Part shown: positions 13,300 through 27,374 of the stretch, piece after piece
How positions within the stretch are numbered: position 1 is the stretch's first letter
How the letters are laid out: every line of letters begins with the position of its first letter
From: Eledone cirrhosa
Taxonomy: Eukaryota
Direction: 5' to 3'
DNA: 64,000 nucleotides
Assembly (NCBI GenBank): GCA_964016885.1
Contig: OZ024741.1
Coordinates: 382,354,001 to 382,418,000 of the forward strand
Made by a program: the position numbers and the translations under genes
The notes under the pieces: model-generated
What the model saw: only the letters and a program-made list of their open reading frames with translations
Told to the model about the DNA's origin: nothing
Database searches by the model: none

Positions 13300-16200
13300 A
13301 GAACATACACACACATACATCTTTATGTGTTTAGACTTGTGATGTATTATATTGACAGAATCTTCCTTAGTATATGGGCAGTTCCCATTAGTACTATCTT
13401 TTGTATTTCTCCTATACGCAGGTTTCTTGAGATTTGCGATAAGTAATCATTAGATCCCTTAGGTACCATTCCTAGAGCGCATACAATCACTGGTATCGTT
13501 TTAGTTGTCAATTTCCTCATTTTTCCAATTTCTATCTCTAGGTCCTTATACTTGCACAATTTTTCAAATGTTTTTTATAGATACATTCTTGTCTATTGGA
13601 ACGGACATATCAATTAGCAGGCATACCCTTTTTTAAAGTCCTTCGGTATTATATCAGTTGTATTTGCATCTATTTTTCGGTGTTTGGATACTAAAGTTCC
13701 AAAAGATTGAGTTGTGATCTTTTTCAAGTATGGGAGGTGGTTGATGCTCCCACCAATTCTTTTGATGGGGCAGGTCAAAATGCTGACACATTTTCCAATG
13801 TATGTATTGTACAGCATTGTCATGCCTGTTTAGTTATTCAGTTGGAGCTATAGGACTGCACATTGAAATTATATGATCAATGGTCTCTGGTTGTTTTTTA
13901 CATACACAGCATAATGGGTTGCATCCATTTTTTATTATGTTGGCTTGGTAATTGTTTGTTGCCAGACACTGATCTTGTGCTGATATAATCAGTCCTTCAG
14001 TCTCCGATTTCAGTCCAGAGGAAGCCAACCAATGGTGGGTTAAAATGTTGTCAACATCAGGATTGTTAGCTCTTTCTGGGTATTTTCCATACAGAGGCTT
14101 TTCTTGCCATTACTTAGCCAGTTTCTGTAGCAGTTCTTTCTTTGCAGTTACTTTTACTTGCTTAGCTTTTTCTGTGTTTTGTATTTCAGCAGTTAATGTG
14201 ACTTCTGAAATTTGTAGTCCGTTACTGTATCTTTGTGCATCTTTTGTAATGGAGTATGATCTTTTGATGCTTTCGTGTTTCAAAGCGAGTTTGATCATAC
14301 CATCGTGTGATTCCCTTAGATATGTAGATATTCCAATTGTTGCAATTATCAACGCAATATTTAGCTGGATTAACCCACGTTCTCCTTCTTTTCTAGAGAG
14401 ATATATTCTATCTCTATCTGCCTTAGGGTGATGCATTCTGTGCATGGTTTTCTACGGATCTCTGTGCTTGACCAGTTGATGACATTGTAACTAGGTTACT
14501 ACAGGTATGGCAAGCGTGTTTATGGCATCGATCCTATTGCATTCAATTCCGTTCTTAAGATTGCTCTTACTCCGAAGTAACATTCCTTCCTCATCCTTTC
14601 CCTCATTGTCGAGTGCTTGATTCAGTCTCCTTCACAAACACCTAGATATTTGTAAGTTTTTTCTCTTGATCAATTTCTCTTATAGCAATCACCCGATCAA
14701 GATTAATGTCTGAACCTTTCAGCAGCTTTCCTCTGGTGAACGTTGCTTTGGCGCATTTATCTAGTCCAAACTCCATTTTAATGTCATCACTGAACTGCCT
14801 CACAATGGATAATAGCCCTTGCAATTGTTCATCATTTTTTGCAAATAGTTTCTGGTCATCCATGTAGAACAAGTGATTAATGGTTTTGTCATAGACTTTA
14901 TATCCATGTTTTGTTTCATTGAGCATGTTACTTAATGGTATAAGTGCGATGCAGAATAAAAGCGGTTATAAAGAGTCACCCAGACAAATTCCACAATTAA
15001 TATTAACTTCTCCAGCTTCCAGTGATTTGTTTTCACTATTCAAAAGGAATGTCGTATTCCATGTCTTCATACTGAATGACAAAAACCTCCTGACAACGGG
15101 AGATATTTTGAAAATCTCTAAACATTTTTCAATCCAACTGTGTGGAAAACTATCGAATGCTTTTTTTAAAATCTATCCAAGCAATTGATAGATTTTTGTG
15201 TATATTATGACAGTCTTCCGGTATCATTTTGTTAAGCAAATGCTGATCCTTACAGCCATATGAACCTCGTTTACACCCATTCTGCTCATTGGGAATAGAT
15301 CATTTGTTATCAGGTGGTCATATGTATATTCAGTTAGGACTGATGTTAACATTTTAAACATTGTGGTCAAGCAAGTTATCGGTCTGTAATTTTTGGGATT
15401 GTTTGTCACATCATTCTTTGGAAGCAGGAATGTAATGCCGTTAACTCGCCATGATGGTATCGTTTCTGGCTCCTTAACTATTTCATTGTAAAGTTGGGCT
15501 AACAGCTCATGAGACACTGTGAAGGCATTTCTTCAAAAAATTGGTAACTTGTCTTTTTCTGGGGATTTCCATTTGCTTCTTTTCTAAGAGCCAAACGTTC
15601 AACTGTTATATTTTCCCATATTTGTTCCTCAAGGTGAGCTGTATCTTTCATTTGTCTGTCTATCCATGGGGCATGTATATTATGAACTTTTTCTTCGGCC
15701 CAGATCTTTTCCCAGAATTATTGCACTTCCTCTTTTGGTGGTATTGATTTACCAGTTATTGTTGACTTACCAATTTTTCTGTAGAATTTTCTTTGGTTGT
15801 TTTTCAACATATTATTGTCCTTATAGAATCTCGATCGTTTTTCAAATCGCCTTATACGAGCAGCTTTGACCGACAATTTTTACTTGATTATTTCTATCAG
15901 AATGTCTATGTCACTTGTTGATTTTATACTGTATTTTCTTTTCAATTTTCTAAGTTAAGTTTGTTTAACATGTTCACCTTCTTTGTAGTTTGTTAACATT
16001 TCTATGTCAGATCGGAGAAGGTTTATTTGGCGATGGATGTTCTCTTCCCAAGTAGATTTCTTGTGGGAATACCTATGTTTTTTTCATTTTCAATCCACAT
16101 AAGTGAGTGGTGACTTTAGCCGATGCATAATAGAGATGATTTAGATCAGAAATTTTTTTTTTGTGATGATAATATTTTGAGAATGATTTTAGTCTTGTGT

Positions 16201-16750
16201 ATTATCTTTTGATTCTGTTTGGAGTTCTGGATCCTAGGGAGAGTGTCTCGTTTCCCCATGTCAGATTCTTTCATTTTCATCCATTCAATCATAATTTCAT
16301 CCTTCAAGTTGTCAAGTTCATTCTCATTCATTTCTTTATCATTTACGATCTAATTTTTTTCATTTTGAGTTTCATTTTGAGCATGCACTCCATCAAATTT
16401 TTCGATCCTTTCTTTAATTTGTTCTGTTGTCAGAGATTCCGCACCAACCCTGGGATTCGAAGTGTTACAATTTACCTCGTTTTCACTGACACATGTTTTC
16501 ATTTTCCCTTCGCTGACTTTGTGCTAATAGCTTGATCTTATCAATTTCTATATCGGTTAGTAACGTTTTTTTAACAATATTTCTTCGTATATTGGCTAGT
16601 TTGTTATTGTCAATATTGCCTCTATTTTCGGGATGTTTCTTTTTCCAGTTGATATATGTCTGCTCTGTATTCGATCTATTTGATGGGTAGTACATGCCTG
16701 TGGAGAAAGCCTCAATGACTTCTTTAGTGTCTTCCCTTGACCATTGTTAT
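13300..16750 (-). mobile_element. Near full-length decayed R4/Dong-like non-LTR retrotransposon
   Basis: ORF fragments NYRPITCL, NHLFYMDD, EFGLDKCA, RIYLSRKEGERGL, CCVCKKQPETIDHIISMC, KYKDLEIE...GTAHILRK. Confidence 0.9.
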
Positions 16751-16808
16751 CTCTTTTTATTTTTATTATTATTATTATTATTATTATCATTATTATTATT
16801 ATTATTGT

Positions 16809-18902
16809 TCCTTGGGTCTCAGTCATTGATGTTATTTAACTGGAAAGTTTGTTGAAATGAATATCATGCCACTACTTGCAGCGTCAGATATTCAGAACGT
16901 ATCGGAGGGTTCTTGCTGTTCCCAGCAAGCATGCCTTTGAAGTGTTCCAAAAAGCGGGGCGAGACCAATTGTCTTTAACCATCCTTGGAAACTCTTTGAG
17001 ATTGTACCTAGTACGCCTATGACAATCGGGACCACTTTGACCTCATGGCAGTTCCAAATGCGTTTTACCTCCCACTTTAAGTCCTGGTATCGGTTAATTA
17101 TCTCCCTCTCCTTCTCTTGCACTCCCGTGTCGAATGGGCAGGCTACATCCACAATCTGGCACGATCGTTTTCCCTTGTCCAAAACCACCAGGTCAGGTCA
17201 ATTGTGTTCCAGTTTCTTGTCCATCTGTATCCTAAAATCCCACAGCACCTTCACCTGATCGTTTTTCATCACCGACTCTGGCTTATGCTCATACCACTTC
17301 TCAGAATGTGGTAAATTGTTTACTTTGCATAGGTGCCCGTGGATCACCCTGCCCATCATCTCTCCAGCCTTCATAGAGAGTCTGGGCTAGGTGTTTACAC
17401 TCGGATACAATGTGAGCCACAGTCTCCGCTCTCTCTCCACAGATCCTACACAGTGGGCTAGCCTCCTCCTTATAAATATGGTGTTTCAGCCACTTCGTTT
17501 TGAGGGTCTGCTCTTGCGCAGCCATTGGCATTCCTTCTGTAGCCTGTTTAAGGTCTCCTCTTTTCAACCAGTTCCATGTCTGTGGATCTCTAAATTCAGT
17601 TTTCTGAAAGAAGGCATAATGAAGGCATTTTTCATGAAGGTTGCTCTTTCTCCTTCTTGTTATTTCCTCCTTGGACACCCCCTGGTCTATTGTCCTCTCC
17701 TTCAGTACAATTAAGAGCATTGGCTCCCTACTAATCAGTCACGTATTTGTTTAGGTTGTTTTTTTTTCCATCTGAACACTGTCTTCTATGCTGATAAGAC
17801 CTCTTCCACCTTCAGATCTCCTTAAGTAGAGTCTATTGACATCACTCCTTTTGTGGAACATATTGTAGATAGTCAATAGCTTCCTAGTCTTCCTATCCAT
17901 TTCTTTTTGTTCACAAACATTCCAGCTCAGAATTCCCGCACTGTACCTAATAATAGACACAGCTCGGGAATTTACTGCACGTATGGCATTCCTACTGTTC
18001 AGATGTGACTTTAATACGCTCCTTACTCTCCGAACGTATTCAGATCTTATCAATTCCTCCATTTTTTTGTTCTTGATGTCATCAGCCTCCAGAACACCTA
18101 ATTATTTGTATCCTCCTTCAGCATCAATTTCCTTTATCATATCACCTGTTGGTACCTGGATTCTACGCAATTTACCCCTATTCATCACAAGGACTCCACA
18201 CTTACTAATACCAAATTGCATACATATATCATTGCTGAAAATACGGACAGTGTCAACAAGCACATCCAACTCCTTCTCACTCTTCCCGAAGAGCTTAAGA
18301 TCGTCCATGAAGAGGAGGTGTTTGATGGTAAGCTCTCCCTTTCCCAACTTGTATCCTGCTCTCACTTTTCGCAGTATAATGGTCAGGGGTATCAGGACAA
18401 GGACAAACAACATAGGGGACAATCTATCTCCCTGGAAGATACATCTCTTGATCCTCACGCCTCCCAAGGATTCTCCTCCCGATGTTAACTCTGTTTCCCA
18501 GGACTTCATACTTTTGCTCAACAACTGTCTGATGTTATCTGTCACTCTGAAGATCTCTAGGCTTTTGGTTATCCAAGAATGAGGTACCATGTCAAATGCC
18601 TTTTTTGTAGTCTATCCATCCCATGGCAAGACCAGAGTGTCTCCTCCTTCAATTCCTCATTACCATATTATCAATAAGTAACTGGTCCATTGTACCACAG
18701 GACTTCTTTCGGCATCCTTTCTGTTCGTCCGGTAACAAGTTGTTTATGTGGAGGTGATGGTAGTTTCCTCAGACACAATGCTTGTTAACAGTTTCCACAT
18801 TACGGACCGACATGTGATAGGCCTATAGTTGGTAACATCATTACCCTTGATTCGGTCTTTCATTACCAGAACTGTGGTACCTTTTGTCAACCACTCGGGT
18901 AC
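16809..18902 (-). mobile_element. 5'-truncated R4/Dong-like element (same family as 35196-39112), flanked by (TTA)n on both sides
   Basis: IFQGDRLSP, HLLFMDDLKLF, CRICGERAETVAHIVSEC, IVDVACPFD. TTA tracts at about 16763-16808 and 18904-18948. Confidence 0.95.
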
Positions 18903-18948
<46 letters not shown>

Positions 18949-21900
18949 GGTCCTTCAAGCGTATGGACGTACTATCCTGAGCTCGTAAGTTTTTTCTCTC
19001 TACGGTTTGAAATACGTTTATCATTAATATTTTTGTTTCAATCGGGCAATAAGACTTTAGTATTTGCCTCCAAGAAACGACTCCCGATAATATTTGGGCC
19101 TTTTGGCCCAAATATTTAAACCATGTGTGTTTAAAAGAACGATTTTATCAAAAAAAAACAAACATGGTGGGGCCACGCCCCCATTTTTGAGTTTGCTGTC
19201 TTGCAATAGCGAGTCAAACTTTGAGGCTAATAACACTGCCCCTTCCGCAACAATTTTAAAATGTAACAACACATCAGGCAATATCGCCAACACCAGCACC
19301 AACAACAGCGAGAACACTAATATAAATAAAAATGACAACAGCAGCAACAGCGACATTACCAAAAACATTAAAAAGAACAGTCGCAAACAAGAACGACACC
19401 AGCACCAGCAACAACGACAGCAAAACCAACATCTGCAATAATGACAACAACACCAACAACAGAAAGACCGACAACAAAGACAACAATATCACACAACAGT
19501 GACAACCACAACAACAGCAACAACAAAAGCAACAATAGCGGCAGCAGCAATATCAACGAAAACAACAACGAAATTAACAGCACTAACCAGAACATAAACA
19601 GCGACAGCACCAACAACAACAATACCAACTGCACCGAAATCAACAACGTTGGCACCAAATACTACAATGATAACAGCAACAACACCAACAAAAAAACGAC
19701 AACAATAACACCACCAACGACAAGAAAAAGAACACTTTCGCTGCGGCAGCAGCCAAAGAGAGGCCATGCTTCAGCATGGGCCTCTCGAACAAAAATGAAA
19801 AGTTGGACCAGGCCTGGAACCTCATAAAGCAAGAGCAAACCTGGGCCAACTTAACTGTCCCGGTAGAAGCTATTGAAGCAGTGGAGCGCAGAACGGTGCA
19901 TTACAGATGCATCTCAGCACAAACCAAAAGAGCAGCTTTAGTTCCACAAGCAGATGTTGAAGTTGCGCTGAGGTGCATCAGGGATGACACCGAATACATA
20001 GCGAGGGGCAGACAATACGGCACCATTTCGGTGCTGTGTAAGTCAGAAGCCCTCGCTATGAAACATGCTATGACACCTTGCAAAACCAGCAAGGTAATAA
20101 TGTACCCCTCCCACATGGGAAAAATACGGCCTGTCTCCGCATTCCCATAATCCCACCAGGACTTTACATGTGGTGGCTTCTGGGATGTGCGACTGTGGAG
20201 GGGACGGATACTGTCCCGATAGACGTAACAAGAACTGTCAGAGAAGAATGGTCCCGGGTTGACTTGGAGATACTTTTTCAGATCAGGCTGGAGAATGTCA
20301 AAACAATCACAGACCACACGCATCTTCAGAACGGGACGGTAATACACATTATGATTGAGGGCAAAAGCCCGCATTGTTTCGTTCGTGGGGAAACAACCCA
20401 TTTTCAAGCCTTCTGCCCTCAACAGCTGAAAGATGCAAGGAGTCGAAAGGTTGCACTGCTGCCGGCGCCAGGACGAGGACCACAACCAACACAAGCACCT
20501 GCAAAACCACCAGCAACAGCACCAACATTGACCGCCCAGGGTGGAAACAAGGAAAGTTGTCAAATTCCCCCTCCCCCGAAATACACACATCAATAAAAAC
20601 AGAAACACACATACAGGCACACTTACAGACGCAGACCCCTCATTTACCAGTAGTGAAGATGAGGGAAATCCAAAATCCCCCAAAATACAAAAAACGAAAC
20701 ACAAAAAGGAAAAAAGAACACAACAAAGCACAAAAACACCCTCAATAAAAAAAATATTGACACCATCCACGCAAACATCTCCCCAACAACACCAACATCA
20801 ACACCACCATCACCATCATCATCACCATAATCCCCCAAACGCAAGCAATCTAAACAGACACAGGAACAAATACACACACAAACATCTGAAACCATAGATA
20901 CCGCACTCACAACAAACAGAGACACAACCGAAACAACACCATCAAAACTATCACCACCGCAGCCACGCAAACAAATAAAATCACACCAACAAAACATACA
21001 AAACTTCGTGTTGGTCAGGAGGGCCAACAAGGAACTGATGGCCATTGTAGCACGAAGTGAAGAAATACAAAAAGGGAGGGACATTTTTAAATCGAGCACA
21101 TTTCGCGTGCCCGAAAATTTGTTTCTGGTGCGAATGTCGCTCGATTTATACAAGGAGATACGAAACAGCTTTCCTCGGGACATGGGAACCCCGAACGTAA
21201 AACCCAATTCAAGACTTTTCAAAGGGTTTCAAAACGAAACCCCACCAACTATGGAAGTGGAACCACCCGACATTCACAAGAGCCGGGAAGGTAAGTAAAC
21301 CTTCCTCTCTTTTTTAGCCTGCCAACATACAAGAGAAGGAAGTTTAAATGTTCGAGGCCTGGGATCGTCCTGGATGCAGGGTCACATGCTCACGACCTCA
21401 GGTCTCTAGAAATGGATTTATTGCCGTCAGCGAGACCAGGACCTCCGACACGCGCACACTAGCCCCAATTTTCGACGACTATCAGATCTTCGCATCTGTT
21501 AGTCGGCCTGGAATGTGAGGTGGGGTGGCAGTGCTGTTTAGGAAAGGCCTGGATCTCCAGGTAAGGTCGATCATCCGGGATTCGGACGGTAAGTTGGTGG
21601 TCATGAATGTGAACAATAACCAAGGTGGTGCCTTTAGACTGGTGCCCGTCTACGCCTCTACTGGGGCAGGACGCCGGACTTCTTTAGACGCCTGGAAGCC
21701 TTTCTGCGTACATCTCGCCATTTACTGTTAGCGGAGGACTGGAACGGCATCTTAGACGTACGCTGGGACTGTGTGGGAGTATCCGATCGGAGCGGGGGGT
21801 GCAAAAGCCAAGTACTTGATCACCCAGTTCCAACTGTCTGACAGGTACCGACTAGATTTCCCTAATGCTCCAGTGTGGACCTGGACTAACCGCATAGGGT

Positions 21901-22355
21901 CATCTAGATCGTATATAGATAGGATATTCATTAGGAAATAGTGTAAACTATCCACGTTTTAAAACGGTCGCCTATTCAGATCACAAGTTTGTGCTAAGTA
22001 TGGTCGACTTAGATAAGACGCTTGGGTTAGGACCTGGTTACTGGAAGCTGAACATGTCATTTCCGGCACGTAAGGCTGACAGAGACCGGGTCAACAATTT
22101 AGTTAAGAATAAGTTGATAGGGGGTGTCGTCAACAATAGAGGGTGGGGGCTCTCAAAAGAGAGATTAGAGTAATATCAATAGAGTTTAGCAAAGAAGTAG
22201 CGTTAGAGAAAATTAGAAAGTAGGGGGAGTTGGTAGATAAGTTAGACGAGTCTATGTGTAGTGGCATTGCAACTGGCGTGCTAGCGGCGAGAATGGCATT
22301 AGATCAGTTCTTCAATGCGAAACACGAAGGTTGCATTTTCAGAGCTAAGACGCGT
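18949..22355 (+). mobile_element. L1/Tx1-like LINE, 5' portion (5' UTR, decayed ORF1, APE endonuclease of ORF2)
   Basis: ORF1 motifs DTEYIARGRQYGTISV and decayed knuckle HCFVRGETTHFQAFCP. ORF2 motifs GSLNVRGL, GVAVLFRK, SDHKFV, GPGYWKLN. Confidence 0.85.
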
Positions 22356-22598
22356 ATACAACAAAAGTTGTTTAATATTGTAGTTTGACTGGCTGGATTT
22401 ATGAGTATTGTAGGGGTGGCTTTTGGAATGTTAAGTACGGTTGTCTGATGTCAGATGAAATATATATATATATATATATATATATTAGCAGTGGCAATAC
22501 CAGCAGAGGCATATATGGAATCATATAATTTATTGTACCCATTAAGCTAAATAATTAATAAAATGTTATAGTTTCCTTGAAGAATAATATATAATATA

Positions 22599-22753
22599 TA
22601 ACGTTGAAAGAGATAGAAGGTTACACAATGCACAATGACTGTAACATGAGGTAACGAAAAGTAAAACAAAGATTAATAGGTAACTTTTACTTGTTGTTAC
22701 CTCATCCTATAATCCATTTTGCATTGTTTAGCCTTCTATCTCTATCAATGTTA
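22599..22753. mobile_element. MITE-like foldback with about 68-bp imperfect inverted arms
   Basis: taacgttgaaagagatagaagg...aagtaaaa pairs with ttttacttg...ccttctatctctatcaatgtta. Confidence 0.65.
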
Positions 22754-23612
22754 AATAATTAAATTGAATGAAAAATAAACTCTATAAACATATTTGGATT
22801 AAAGAACCTTAAATGAGAATAGACAAATTTTATGAAAACTAAGGGATTATCAACTATAATAAATTTTTGTGTCTCAAAATTTGAGTAAAATCTATTTTAA
22901 AAATTAGTTTCGTTAGATGAGTAGTTATTACATAAATAGCAATAAGGATAATATTCAAATAAAAATAAACGATTAAGATTATCTCAATTATTGATCTGAC
23001 CAACAGCACACTTCAAAAGAAAAGCAGAACATTTAATATATTATTGCATTATAGCAAACTATGAAATATTCATAATAGTATAATAAGGGTCAAACTTCAA
23101 AGGGGAAAAACTATTTTCATATAGTTTTCTCCAAGCCATTAATGGAATCAGTACTAAATCTTGGCAAGACATAACAATGCCAGGAAAAATTACATATATA
23201 GTATCATAGACAGCGACAAGTTATGCAACCAAGAAATATGGTCCTCATTCTTTCGATTCAAATACTTACTAAAGAACAAATTATATTCACCCCCACCCAC
23301 TCTTTTATTATTAACAGTGGTGTTAATAATGGACCTCTGTAGTCTATATAGAATATTGACCCCACGTTAATCTCAAATAATATTAAGTGACTGGAACAAT
23401 ACTATTATCCCGGACATTATTGTATGGCTTATTAATTCTAAGATTTACCCTAACACTATTACGTATTTTGGTGTTATATTATTTAATGGAAAATATATGA
23501 TACGTTTATAATCTGACGCAGTTAGACTTTCGTAATAGTAGACAATATTTTAGTTAAATATTACTCCATCACTTAACGATCTAATTATTCTATTCACTCC
23601 CTCTTTATTTCT

Positions 23613-23705
<93 letters not shown>

Positions 23706-24029
23706 CTATATATTGTTATATTTTGAGAGCGTCATTTGGCCAATAAAAATACACGCACCTCTGGGTTTCACTACAATTTATTATAAGTTTCCGGTTAAGC
23801 CAGAAAAGTTAACACACCATATTAATTATATTTACAGCTTTAAAGAAAATATATATATGAAGATATATATATATACACATACATACTTATACATATATAT
23901 GCATACACATACGCATATATACGTCCATGCGTATATCCATACACACACACGCACACACACACACATCCATACACACACACATCCATACACACACACAGAC
24001 ACACACGTACAATTAGAGATACAAAGAGG

Positions 24030-27000
24030 GTTATATTTCTCGCTGCGGTAGATGCTCTTCTCAATACGTACGTAATACCAGTTAAAACGATGTTTGCACA
24101 TCTTGCAGAGATGGGAAACCAGGGACCTTTCTCAAATAATGTTCTTTTCCTTTTTTTATCATCCCCTGGTATTGTAACGGCCTTGCGTTGCCATATTTTT
24201 TCAATTTCAATGAGCAAATCTTTATATTTTTGAGCTTGTCAAATACTTTTGCGGAAATATTATGATCACTTGCGATGCTAATATCATTTAATAAACATAC
24301 TTTGTTACGTTGTTCTGTTACAATGATATCTGGTCTATTAGCTTGGATGCATGTACATTAAACGTGCAATGAATCGTTACATGTTCACCTTTAGTTAACA
24401 CCTCAGGGTGATGATTGTACCATTTGTCAACAGTTTTGATTTCATAATACCAACATATTAAATAGTGTTGATATTGGCCACATCTGCCTAATCTATATGT
24501 ACTACTCTACAGGTGCTAAATCTATACATGCTGAGCTTCAGTGGTCCACTGTTTCAATCACATTATTGCAGAATCAGTACTTTGGATTTTCTCCATTTCT
24601 CATCACATTGGCTTGGTATTTCGGTATCAATATGATTTAATCTTTGACAACAAAGATGAGGCTTTCGGTATCTCCGTTTCGCCCTAATCTACGTAGCAAT
24701 TGATGGGTGTGCTACGGTCGACATATCTGCTATACAGAGATTTCTGCTACCAATTTGATGTCTATTGTTCTTGACCTGTTTCTGTTGCCATTAATTTCAT
24801 ATTATTTGCAGCAACAATTGCAACAGTTCGCTTAGTCTGTCCAACCTGGAAATCAGTCGTGAGATCGGTAGCATATGTCATGCTCTCTTTCAAGGTAGAA
24901 TGAAACTTCTTACAGCTCTCATGTTTATCGTTGACTTTCAGCATCCAATTGTTTGTAGTTTCAACGTATTTGGCCAGTCCATTTGTGTTTCTCTTGTAAG
25001 TAATGTCGAAATGGAACAGGCTAGGGCCTCCTTGAATTATGGGATGTAAAGGGAATCCACATCTGCTATCGGGTGGTGCACCTTATTACAAGTAATTAAA
25101 TTTCGAATTTTCGAGTTGATTCTTTTAATTTAACTTATATTCCAGTTCAACGCACCGAAGCTGTAAGTAATAACTTAAACTGTCAAAGAATTTATGGCTA
25201 ACACATTGTTATGAGCATTTAGCTCTGATTTCAGGACTCCGCGAACTCTTTTGTAATATTCCTTCTTTCATACTTGCATGCTGAATGCCAGAGCCTTCAA
25301 TAAACATTACATATTTATAGGTTTGTATATGCTCAATTGTGACTGTTTCAACATCTAATTCAACTAAGTTGGAGTTGTTAAGCTTCTATTTCTTGAAAGT
25401 TGCCACTTCTAAAGTTCAAACTGCATCCTGATTCCAACAGTAAATGTGTTGACAGTCGTAAAATGCATTCAAGCTCTTCATTGTCTTTTGCCATATGGTT
25501 TTAAGTCATCTATATAAAATTAGGTTGATTATTTTCTTGTCAATTGCGTAACCAAACCATGTTCTTTTAAGTTCGGTTGTTAGGGATATTAAAGCAAATG
25601 AAATATTATAGGCAGAAAGTGAGTAACATTGATGTTGATATTGTTAGTACTTAGTTCTCCGCTGGAATAATATGATTTTAGATTAGATTTCCAGAATGAC
25701 ATATTTTATGTCGGGAAGTTTGAAATTACATGTGAGATTTTGATAATGTCCAGAGAGTTCAGAATCCCTGAGTATGGCATGGTGTCAAAAGCCATTTTCT
25801 AATCGATCCATCCATAACTAAGATTACTGCGCGCATTATGACAGTTTTCAAGGTCCAAACATTTAATCAAGATTTGATCTTTTCAACCATATATACTTGT
25901 TCGGCATCTTTTTTATTCAATGGGGTAAATATTCTTCTCCTCCATCAACACATATGCTTTCTCCATGAAAATAGATGTTAAGATTTTACAAGTCGTGGAT
26001 AAGCATGTTATGGGCCGATATAATGTTTTCAACTTTGGTTTCATTGTACTTTTCGAGAAATATGTAATTTCACTTGCTATCGACTCACGTGCTCTTTAGG
26101 ATGTTTAATAACATATTTGAACTGTTTGACTAATATTTTGTGTGTGCACTGGAAAGCCAGAAATTCGGCACCCTATCTTTACCAGAAGATGTCAACTTAC
26201 GAGCTTTTTTGAGTGCCATGCTTAAGTATGCTATTGATATGTCATTCCATTCTAGCTGTCGTAAATTTGGTAGGTTTTTTTTAACCGAATGATCCAATCT
26301 TCGTTAGTATCGTATGATTTGTCATCACTCCAAACGTTTTTCTAAACGTTTCAACTTCTTCCATGGAAGTTGGGTCTTCAATAATAATGTTCTCCTTCAG
26401 CAATTCTCTATAGAATGATTTAGCTTCGGATGTGAACAACTTGTGCTGATTGTAGAAGTGGTTTCGCTTCTTGAAACTACGTATACTTTGGGCTTTTTGT
26501 TGGACTATTTTGTTTCTGAGTTTCATTTGTTGATATTAGTATTTTTCTGTAGATGAAAGTCCAAATATTATCTTCAGCTTTCTTCTCTTCCTTGATCTTG
26601 TTATTTCCAGAAATTAGCTAATTAAGTAAAGACATTTCCCCTCTCATTAGGACAATCACCTTTTCAATTTAATTTCTCCATATTGGTTTTCTTTTCATGA
26701 ATTTCTTTGCTTTTCTCGTGGTACACAATTTATTTCAATTACTCTTGCAGAGGCATAAATGATTTTATTTAACTCAGTAAGGTCAGGTTCTACTTCTTTG
26801 TGTCATTTCTTTTATTGCATAGTTGACAATTATTATTTGTTAGTCATTTTGGTTTGTATTTGAGAGATTTTCTAGTATGTCTTATAACTGTAAGCTCATT
26901 CAATATTTTCTGCCTCAATTCATTCTTAAATTCTGTGTTTTTTTAGAAAAGATCTGTTTTTCAAATTCTGTTTCTATGCCTCTTTCTTAGCTATTTCCAT

Positions 27001-27370
27001 TAAATTCATGTGAATTTCTTATTTCTATAAACCTATTCGTGATTTGGACGGCTGGCAGCCTTTTGATTAAGACTTGTGACTGGATACCCTCTCCAGGATA
27101 TTTTTCAATTCTTTCATGACTGTCTTTTCTGAAGATACCCCTTCTAACATTTGTGAACTTGTTTTCATCGAAATAACGTCTGCTAGCTTAATTTTTTGGT
27201 TTCCATATGTTGGAAGAGATTGCAGTGTGCCTCTCTTATGATGGTTTACGTAATGTATACCAATATGCGTATATTACTTCTTTATACTCTTCGCGGCTCC
27301 ATTTCATCATTCTGCAGTTTTCTTATAGGGGTGGCTGGGGTTTTGGAGAAAAATCAACGGAAATAACAAT
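24030..27370 (-). mobile_element. Heavily decayed near full-length R4/Dong-like element (third family)
   Basis: Minus-strand remnants YRPITCLSTTCKILTSI, KDQILIK, NLFYIDDLK, QKAQSIRSFKKRNHFYNQHKLF and C-terminal IVLTGITYVLRR. Confidence 0.8.
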
Positions 27371-27374
27371 GAAC

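Noticed and set aside
19250-19740. Asn/Thr/Gln-rich ORFs as a host gene
   Set aside because: Low-complexity (CAA)-rich stretch at the 5' end of an L1/Tx1 element, open in several frames by composition.
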